From NCBI GenBank assembly GCA_951406725.2, contig OX597819.1, forward strand, positions 115,754,001-115,818,000: a stretch of 64,000 nt of DNA. Direction: 5' to 3'. The position numbers and the translations under genes are program-made. The notes under the pieces are model-generated. The model was not told the DNA's origin. It did no database searches and was given only the letters and a program-made list of their open reading frames with translations. The stretch is from Octopus vulgaris. Lineage: Eukaryota. This document shows, in pieces, positions 53,778 through 64,000 of the stretch. Numbering within the stretch: the stretch's first letter is position 1; each line of letters starts with the position of its first letter.

Positions 53778-54189
53778 ATATATCTATCTATTACTCTGTT
53801 TGTGTGCCTGTCTGTCTTTTTCTTAATTGCACGATATTGCATCTAAACAGAAAATAAATCGAAATAATAACCAACACAATACAGTAAAAATTCCTTAACA
53901 TTCTCCACTTATCTTTCCGTTTCTCCAATAGACCAGCACACAACAGCTTGCGAAACAACACAACAAACAACGCACCAACAAAAAGCATTGGTTTTTCACT
54001 AACAAAATGTACGTGACGGTTTTAATATTTCAACAATACAGGCTTTAAAAATAACTTTTTCTTAAGTAAATTCAACGAACTATTTAGACAGAAATTTCTA
54101 GCTTCTCTCTCCACACATTCACAGACACGCGCGCGCACACATTGATAGAAAAAATTATACTTATACATCTACATCTGCATATGTATTTG

Positions 54190-54266
<77 letters not shown>

Positions 54267-54382
54267 ATGTGTGTGTGTGTACATATGGGTGAAGTATGCG
54301 TCTGGAGACCAACGCTTTTAACCTATCTGCAATTGGATAACCTGTATAGTAAAGCAGTAAAGGGTATACTGCGTGAGTATAA

Positions 54383-54775
54383 GGTGGCGAGCTGGCAGAA
54401 ACGTTAGCGGGCTGGGCGAAATGCTTAGCGGTATTTCAAATTCCGCCGAGGTCGACTTTGCCTTTCATCCTTTCGGGATCGATTAAAGAAGTACTAGTTA
54501 CACGCTGGGGTCGATGTAATTGACTTAAACCCTTTGTCTGTCCTTGTTTGTCCTCTCTGTGTTTAGCCCCTTGTGGGTAGTAAAGAAATAGGTATTTCGT
54601 CTGTCTTTACGTTCTGAGTTCAAAATTCCGTCGAGGTCGACTTTGTCTTTCATCCTTTCGGGGTTGATTAAATAAGTGCCAGTTACGCGCTGGGGTCGAT
54701 GTAATCGACTTAATCCGTTTGTTTGTCCTTGTTTGTCCCCTCTGTGTTTAGTCCCTTGTGGGTAGTAAAGAAATA
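54383..54775 (+). mobile_element. SINE family B dimer
   Basis: 18-bp TSD GGTATACTG(C/T)GTGAGTAT at 54363 and 54776. Confidence 0.95.
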
Positions 54776-55099
54776 GGTATACTGTGTGAGTATTTTCCCT
54801 GTCAATACACAACCTCTCCCTCTGCGGCCACTCACAGTAACTGGTTATTTTGAAGCTCCTTGTTAACATGGCAGCAGATCACCAAGCGATATCATTATCT
54901 TCATAACGAACATTGTAATACCAAGAAATGAATGCTTACAGATTATTCAAGTTTAAAACTTCATTATGTAGATATCTTCAGCAACGTGTTTTCCGCAAGA
55001 AAATATATTAGCGGTGTAAAATCTGACAACGTGAGGAAGTTTAAATGTGCTGAATGCTTTAATCAGAACTCTACGCTTCAGTAATAGGGAATAACAGTG

Positions 55100-57750
55100 G
55101 TTAGCAGCAAGGATTGAATGAGATGACACCCTCCGAAAATCCTTTGTGACTGAGCTGACCAAAGGTAGATTAAGATATAAAAGAAAGTGTCCTAAAATCA
55201 TTTACTCACCTTAGTTCCTAGGCAGGGAACCGCGCATGACAAGATATTCCACATAGTGGTCATATAAGCAAGGAACATGACAATATTCAAGCTTGCCAGG
55301 GAAAATACATGTACATTGGTGTTGGCAACTCGATAAGACAACAACATGTCGAACACCTGTCATGGACAGTGTCGTAAGTCACTAGAAAGTTGTTAGAATG
55401 TTGATACTGCTGAATTCAAGAGAACCTGTCTAATTGAAGAAGGTTCTTTTAACGAAGTTGATGATGGCTAAACTTACTTCTAGAAGAGCTACTCCGAGCG
55501 TGTTCATCAACAAGAAGATATCTGTTTCCCTGTGAGTACCAATTCCTGCTTAAATTGATAGACTGACATTAGTAAGGTTAACAGTACGGATCCCAGATAA
55601 TGCACCAATACTGCTATTTTAAAGTCAGGACTAAAACTGCTTCAATATATTATAAATAAAATGCCAAATACTAACGTACCAAAAGGCATTTTTGTGGGTG
55701 TTTTTAATGCGGGACTAGTTAGAAATATACAAAATATCCTTAAAATGTGTGATTAGGAAGAACGGTACTAGAAAAAAATAAGATAATGGCATCAGCGTTA
55801 TTTCCCTGAGCGCGGAGAACGACCTTACTATCACTAACACGATATTTCAGTCAAAAAAAGAAACATAAGAGGAACTGTCATGTATGATAAATCGACCTCA
55901 TTACCTCCTATAATCTATTCTGCTACTGTCGAAACCGTATACTCAAGGTGACAAGAAAAAAAGAAAAGAAAAAAGAACAAGATGAATAGTTTCATGAGGA
56001 CTCCAGTAAAATCGGCAAATTCCCTGATAATATGCAGGGAACTCACTAGAACAAATGTAAAATATTTTTTGATTATACTTTCTAAAAGATGGTTGTGGTA
56101 AATCTCTCGTTGTGATGTTCAGTCCACGCTTCGTATCACGAAAATGGGGGGATTTTCACAAATACACAAGAAACCCTGATGCTTATCGACAGACATGTAC
56201 AATTCTTAAAAACTCTGTGGTCATGAGAATTGTTCTAGTGTACCAGCTAAGTCATTAAACTGCAGATTTCTATTAAAAGATCAACCAGATTAAGGCATGG
56301 TCGGGGTGAGATGTGGATGGGGCATTCCAGCGAGATTATAACCCAACCAAAGTCTACTCCTTAGACGAAACATTTGACTAAAATTAGTCTATGACATTCA
56401 ATGCAACTGGGACGAAAAAATATTTTATTAAAAATCTTGAAGCGTGGTTATCACTAAACTTCGTCGCTATATCGCAGAAGGTGGGGGTCCACGAACACAT
56501 GCCGCAACATCGAAGAGATGATAACGTTGTCACTAAGAAAAGTCTTTTGCGCCAACAGTTGTACACTTGCTGATTCCTGAGAAGGTCACGCTCAAAAGCG
56601 TGGTTGGCTCTATATCAGATGACATCGCATTGGAATCACAACCTGGCTTTCACAGGGATCAAAACACAGTCCATCAAAAATTTGTTACAAGGCAGTAGAA
56701 AGAACAACATTAAAACCTTTATATTGTCGATGTATATCTGTTTAAGGCTTTTAGCATTATATACAAAGAACGTCTGCGGAATCTGCTTTGGATGCTTACA
56801 TTAAGACGTGCATCAGAGCCTTCAGTTCTACACAGGGAGAATGGCTCGAGATATTGCTGAGCCATTCAGTGCCATTCAGCGTTCAACAAGGCTGTATGAT
56901 ATCTGTTTCCCCGTGAGTACCAATTTTTGCTTAAACTGACAGACTAACATTAGTAAGCGGTTAGTGTCCACTAGGTTAACAGCACGGATCCCGGATAATG
57001 CACCAATTGCGCTGTTTTAAAGTCAAAATAAAAACTGCTTCTGTCAAACAATAAATAAAATGTCAAACACTAACATACTAAAAGGCATTTTTGTGGGTGT
57101 TTTTAGTGCAGGACTAGTTAGAAATATACAAAATATCCTTAAAATGTGTGATTAGGAAGAATGATACTAGAAAAAAAATAAGATAATGGCATCAGCGTTA
57201 TTTCCCTGAGCGCGGAGAACGACCTTACTATCACTAACACGATCTTTCAGTAAAAAAAAAGAAACATAAGAGGAACTGTCATGGATGATAAATCGACCCA
57301 ATTACTTCCTATAATCTATTCTGCTACTGTCGAAACCTCATACTCAAGGTGACAAAAACAAACAATACAAAACAAAACAAAAAAGACAAAGCAAAAAAAA
57401 AAACAACAACAAAACAAAACAAGATGAATAATTTCATGAGGACTCCAGTAAAATCGGCAAATTCCCTGATAATATGCAGGGCGCTCGTTAGAACAAATAT
57501 AAAATTCCTTTATTATTCTTTCTAAAAGATGGTCGTGGTAAATCTCTCGTTGTGATGGTCAGTCCACGCTTCGTATCACGAAAATGGGGGGATTACAAGT
57601 ACACAAGAAACCCTGATGCATATCGACAGACCTTACTATCATTAACGCGATCTTTCAGTCAAAAAAGAAACATAATCTGTGCCATTCAGCGTTTAACAAG
57701 GCTGTATGATATCTGCTTGTACTGGATAATACCTTCCTCATACGTCTAAC
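55100..57750 (+). pseudogene. Scrambled RTE-clade LINE remnants containing a ~700-bp direct duplication
   Basis: GISVISLSAENDLTITNTIFQ..KHK (RTE endonuclease pattern) at 55788 and 57188; 55517-56194 is repeated at 56898-57631. Confidence 0.65.
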
Positions 57751-58469
57751 CACATGCACGCAGTAAAAAAGCGGAGCTTTGTCTGAAAAGCCTGCTCTAA
57801 GTATTTTGCTACGATTTAACATTTTCAGTCTCTGCATCCTCACAAGAGTGTTCGACATAGATAAAAATATATAACCGGGTACACTTAGCTATGTGCAAAA
57901 ATATATGTGTATATATATGTAGATATTGACACTAGATAAAAATGTTTATACACACATCTGTCTACATATAACATATTCACATATGCTTTCGCTGCGTCTA
58001 TATAGGCGTATTCGTATCGAATAGCATCCTTCATTAACACACACGCACGCGCGCTCGCACGCACGCACACACACACACATACACACACACAACACAAACA
58101 TGAACACCTATCTGTTTGCCTGTCAGTCTGTCTCTCTGTCTATTTGTCTCTCCATTGTGTGTCTCTATCTCTCTCTGTACATAAACATACATACACACAC
58201 ATACATATTAGGCTTAGGTAAGAGCATATACATATATATACATACATACAAACACACACATATATATATATATACGCGCATATATAATGGAATAAATACT
58301 ATGAAGCATTGTGTAAAATATATTGTATAAAAGATCGTAGGTAAGGCCAAAACAATGCGAAGAGCAATATATATCTTTCATTTTTTCTATTCTTATCCGC
58401 CTCTAACTACAAGCGCAGATTCTAAAACTTACTGATTATCACGAATCTTAAAACACAATTCTTGATCGA

Positions 58470-58730
58470 AAATAGGAAGAAAAAGACTTAGCTAATGAAG
58501 AGATATAATGATCCGTAGAGCTGTAACCTATTGTAATTTTATAGAAGTTATGACTACGAGGGACATGCTTATTAGCTTTGTTTAAAAAGAATCGAGCATT
58601 GCTAGATTTCACATTCAAACTGAAAAGTTGGTTATACCAAATAACTTTCCATCCACTTTTGTAACCGTAATGGGGTTTGAGTATGGGTGGATGTACGCGA
58701 TACTCTTGATGAAGCGGCTTCTGTCTAAAA
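58470..58730 (-). pseudogene. Penelope-like element remnant of a second clade (Naiad-like)
   Basis: HPPILK..KVIWYNQLFSLNVKSSNARFFLNKANKHVPRSHNFYKI..GYS resembles the PLE motif 'IIWFNPPFS.NV.TNIG..FL....KHFP..H...KIFN' (recalled). Confidence 0.65.
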
Positions 58731-59819
58731 CCTCTCTTGTCAGATATAGCAACGCAGCTTTTCAACAGACATTCTGTTATTAATGTTTCTATCATGTTCA
58801 CAATGCTTCATGTGAGTGTATGTATGTATGTATGTGTGTATGGATGCTTTTGTATAAATGCATGCATACTTGTAAGTATGTATATATTAATATATCTATA
58901 TGTGTACATGTACATATACAATATTTATCTACGCATGTATATGCGAATGGATTTTTATGTATATAGTACGTATATAATTTTATTAGCATCTATGTGCGTG
59001 CATATACACACACACGTATGTATGTGTGTGTCTATGTATTTATATTTTTCTAGCGTAGGTGGGCTTTTGTCCTTATGTAAGTATTTATATTGTTTCACTT
59101 CAATATGTTGTTCTTTGTTTGACTTACATCTCTCTGTACTTAATGGGTAGATTTCGAAAATTATTAATTTCTGGTGACTCTCTAATAATAATGTTAGATC
59201 GAAAATTCGGAAGAATTACAATTCCTCTTTATCTAAAGAATAAAACGCCCGATTTTAAAGTTAATTCGATAAGTGCAATGTACGAAATTTTCGCCACTTC
59301 AGTGACTTATGTAACTCTACAACAACAGATTTAAAAATACTTTGGTTTCGTACGTATTTCGTTTTGTTTCTCGAGTTCGTTCCACCAAACTCATTTACAT
59401 ATATGTACGCATATATTTACGAACGTTTATATGTATTTCTGTGCGCGTGTGCAGATGTATATGTGTATAGGTGTGTATGCGAGCAGTATAATGCTTCGGA
59501 GATGTGATAGGAACAAAGTAAATCGCGGTTAATAAGTGTAGTAGAAGAAAACATACATAAGGACCATCTCTTAGGCACGAAACTTCAAATAAAGGAACAG
59601 TAGCTATCGCTAATATTACTGCTACACATGCGCAGACATACACCTACAGATTCACACAGAGATACATAAAATAAATACATACACACACAAAAAAAGACAA
59701 AACAAACATACATCACACACATAAACACACACATGTGTATATGTAATTTATATTACATACTGTCTCCCTTCAGAATAAGTGAGATATATATTTGAAATAT
59801 AAGAATTGGAAATATATAA

Positions 59820-59872
<53 letters not shown>

Positions 59873-60284
59873 AATAACAAAATTCGTATGAAAAAATAAA
59901 AATATATATATATGATATATACATATATATATGCATAAATATATATATATAAAAATCTATATATATTCAAATATGTGTTCATATATGTATGTATACACGC
60001 ACGCACATATATATATGCATGTGTATATATCCAGACATACACACACACGCACGTGTAAATACTGAATAAATAAAATAAGCAGCAATATGTTGCAACAAGA
60101 TGTAGCAAAAATAAATCAATAGAATCGCTTCAAACGGGAACAATAAATATAGAGGAAATATTTTCTGTGGAACTCTTTTGTGATAAGTAGATATTTCGGA
60201 AACGGTGAATTACTGATATTTATATAGATATACATTGATATCAGCTCAAGACACGTAAAAACGCACAGACACTGATGTTCAAAG

Positions 60285-60333
<49 letters not shown>

Positions 60334-60885
60334 TACATACATACATTTATGTATATATATGTATACAGATACATATATATATGTATATATGCATAGATGC
60401 ACACGCATACAGTTGCGCGTGTATATGCAAATAGTAAAACACTTACAGACACATGCACATGCATAGATGACATGATTGTCTTGAACTACAGGTATATTTT
60501 CTACAAAAATAACGGTGCACATACAGACTCATCAACATACATACATACATGTACAAATAATAAAAAAAATATGTATACATATAACATACATATATATATG
60601 TACAATACATATTTATATATATAGATACACACATATATATATATGCACATGTATGTATATAATTCTGTATATATACATATATATGTAATATATATGCATA
60701 TATATACATGCATATATACATATGTACATGGATGTATATAATAATGTATATATATATATACATACATATATACGAATGTACATTTATGTATATAATAATG
60801 TATTTATATATGTATATAACATATATATATGTGTACATGTATCTATATAGAATAATGTATATATATATATATATATTAATATATA

Positions 60886-60935
<50 letters not shown>

Positions 60936-61045
60936 TGCACTTCTGCTTATATACATATATAATGTATGAAAACGTGCATGCATAAAATTGATATGACATA
61001 ATGTCGAATTATTATTATTACGAATAAGAAATATATGCCTCTAAA

Positions 61046-61114
<69 letters not shown>

Positions 61115-61126
61115 CTCTATCTATCA

Positions 61127-61214
<88 letters not shown>

Positions 61215-61231
61215 CTATCTATCTCTCTCTC

Positions 61232-61282
<51 letters not shown>

Positions 61283-61469
61283 CTACTTTTACACACACAG
61301 AAACATAAACACATGTACACAGACAAACACACACACACGCACACATACGCACACGTGTAAGTGTATTTGTAAGAGTGTTTGGTTACTCATTGGCTGCAAA
61401 TACATACATAATTTAAAAAAAATAGAAAATCACATCCCCAAATTTCCCCCTTCTCTTTCACTCTCCTTT

Positions 61470-61501
<32 letters not shown>

Positions 61502-61539
61502 CCTTTCTTTCTTTCTCTCTCCCTCTCTCAATGTATATA

Positions 61540-61594
<55 letters not shown>

Positions 61595-61642
61595 TTGTAT
61601 ATATATACGTGTGTGTTTATTATATGTATATACTACATATAT

Positions 61643-61835
61643 ACGATAGCTGATCAGTAAGTATCCGTACTGTTGTTTATAGTTACGAAGCTAAAGTACG
61701 CATAGTAAAGCCGCTTGGCAATGATTGACTCGACCTTTTCTCTGCATGTGCACTAAGTCTTAATGTTGTGCCTCATTGCCGCTGTTCACAGCAGTGCTTG
61801 GAAGGAAGGTGTGTAGCGTGTGATGGTTGCAACAC
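61643..61835 (+). mobile_element. Mariner 5' terminal fragment
   Basis: TA|CGATAGCTGATCAGTAAGTATCCG resembles mariner TIRs (TACGAGGGC..TCAATAAGT); no transposase follows. Confidence 0.55.
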
Positions 61836-62410
61836 TGGTCCTATTATGTTTGGTTTGTGGGAGAATAAATTTAGTAAGACATGTAGAGGGACACGAAACA
61901 TGTGATAGAGGTGTGTAAAGCGTATAAACAGAAATGCGAAAGAAATAGGTAAAAGATGAAAAAATATAAGAAAGAGGCGGAAGAAAAATGACAGATAATT
62001 GGGCGAAAAGAAAAACTGGAGAAAAATTAATCCCCGTACGACATTGCTATAAAAATTACGAGTTCTGAAAATAAAAAGAGCTTATAGAGCTAGTGCAAAG
62101 CAAGGAACGGTAAGAATATCCATAGTGTTGCAAAGAACTGATAGCGGTGGTTCTGTGAGCAACATATAACAGTTAAAACGTTTGTAACGAAAGAGAAAAA
62201 AAAAACGGAGAAAAAGAACCTTCTTCTTTTTAACCGTAGGTCATTGCTATTTGAGCAGACCTATGAACAAACCGGTCCAGCCGCAACAGTCTCATTTTCG
62301 ACTCGGGTTTTGCACATCTAGTACAGCACTATACAATCACCTTTTTGAAGATAGTTGAGAATGATTTGGGAACGATTTCACTGCTGTCTTCTCAGATTAT
62401 GCAACCGTAT

Positions 62411-62800
62411 AGGCGCAGGAGTGGCTGTGTGGTAAGTAGCTTGCTTACCAACCACATGGTTCCGAGTTCAGTCCCATTGCGTGGCTCCTTTGGCAAGTGT
62501 CTTCTACTATAACCTCGGGCCGACCAAAGCCTTGTGAGTGGATTTGGTCGACGGAAACTGAATATATATGTGTATGTGTGTGTATACGTTTGTGTGTCTG
62601 TGTTCGTCCCTCCAACATCGCTTGACAACTGATGCTGGTGTGTTTACGTCCCCGTCACTTAGCGGTTCGGCAAAAGAGAAACCGATAGATTAAGTACTAG
62701 GCTTACAAAGAATAAGTCCTGGGGTCAATTTGCTCGACTAAAGGCGGTGCTCCAGCAAGGCTGCAGTCAAATGACTGAAACAAGTAAAAGAGTAAAGAGT
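62411..62800 (+). mobile_element. SINE family A, full length
   Basis: Full match ending AAGTAAAAGAGTAAAGAG. Confidence 0.95.
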
Positions 62801-63284
62801 ATAAAATATTGTGCCTTGACTCGTTCTTATCGTTCTTGTTCTCCTCGTCGTTGATATTGTTGATGTTGCAGTTTTTAATGTTTAGTTGTCATCCATAATA
62901 GTATACTGTTTGTCACGACGTTCGTGCGTTCGAGTGTTACTTAACTGTGGAACAAAAAACTGTGTCATAATTAAGTGATTTATGTAATGAATCTAGTTTG
63001 TGTGTTGCGTTCACAAAAGAGAAACAAACTCACCTCAACCATGGACCGATATCGAAGATTTAATCGATATCGTTAACATAATAGAAGAGGTTCGAGCGTT
63101 ATGTTTTACAACAATCTTATCTGGAGCATGAGATCGAAGTCATGAAACAAAATTATGAAGTTTTACCAATTTTACGAATCAAAACAATAACATTATTAAA
63201 ACGTGGATTTACCCAGAGATAACGATTAGTTTTCGTTAATATCGGCTACTAATGCCATAATTAAATTTTAATAATTATTACTGT

Positions 63285-63495
63285 TGGAAGATTCGTTAGA
63301 GCGTCGGACAAAATACTCAGAGGAATTTCTTCCGGCTTTTAATGTTCTGAGTTCAAATTCCGCAGGAGTCAACTTTGTCTTTAATCGTTCCAATGTCGAG
63401 AAAATAAAGTACCAGTCAAGTACTGGATCGATGAAATCGACTGAGGTCCTTTTCTTATGAAAATTGCTGGCGTTGTGGCCGAGTTTGAAACAATC
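63285..63495 (+). mobile_element. SINE family B, old copy
   Basis: GTTCTGAGTTCAAATTCCGC..AAGTACCAG..ATCGACT. Confidence 0.75.
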
Positions 63496-63523
63496 CTTGT
63501 TTGTTGTAGATCCATTTCGAAAT

Positions 63524-64000
63524 CTTCTTCTTCTTCTTCTTCTTCTTCTTCTTCTTCTTCTTCTTCTTCTTCTTCTTCTTCTTCTTCTTCTTCTTCTTCT
63601 TCTTCCAATCAGGACTCACGCCATTAGCCACAAAGACTAATCTCTAATTCGAGCCTAGTCTAAGCTACTAAGAATGCGTGTGGCAACTTGAAGATCTAAC
63701 TTGAAGAACACGCAATAGACTGGCGGTTGCAAGGGTGCGAAAGCTACATTGTTATCCTCATTCTGTAAACGGTGGTTTTTAACGGGTGGAGAGCTGAACC
63801 ATCCTGGGGTACAGAGGATTCGCAATCTTACACCATGGTTCCTCTGCTTTGTGGCAGAGGTAGGAAGAAAGAGTGAGAGAAAGTTGTGGTGAAAGAGTAT
63901 AGAAGGGTTCACCCCCACCCCCACCGGAGCCTCGTGGAACTTAGACGTTTTTGCTCAATAGCACTCACAATGCCCGATCTTGGAATCGAAACCGCGTTCT
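63524..64000 (-). mobile_element. SINE family C, tail type 4 ending in (GAA)n; head runs off the window
   Basis: Core match at 63860-64000; unique ~250-bp tail; (TTC)n at 63524-63605. Confidence 0.85.

Noticed and set aside
55517-57631. LTR pair
   Set aside because: No TG..CA ends, PBS or PPT; the repeats contain LINE endonuclease remnants.

Overview
AT-rich, microsatellite-saturated eukaryotic non-coding DNA. The SINE repertoire is what I recall from Octopus genomes; this is an inference and no search was run. I can support no intact host protein-coding gene. Almost all ORFs in the track are translations of (TA)n/(CA)n/(CATA)n/(CTAT)n tracts or of SINEs. The window holds three abundant tRNA-headed SINE families (here A, B, C) plus a fourth (D), a decayed CR1/L2-group LINE, decayed RTE and R4/Dong LINE pieces, and a decayed near-full-length Penelope-like element (RT + GIY-YIG, direct pLTR) with other PLE remnants. 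It also holds Tc1/mariner relics (DD37D, DD37E-like, rosa-like), two non-autonomous Helitrons, HINE/DINE-1-like elements, palindromic MITEs, and several inverted and tandem duplications. The most interesting signal is about 8-10 minimal type-I hammerhead-ribozyme motifs (CUGANGA...GAAA-palindrome-UH). They sit in several unrelated short non-coding elements, most in microsatellites, and several are preceded by an inverted copy of their own 3' tail, as in Penelope insertions. One of these elements has a Pol III tRNA head, making it a candidate Penelope-mobilised, ribozyme-bearing SINE. Only two or three motifs keep a canonical core, and activity is untested.
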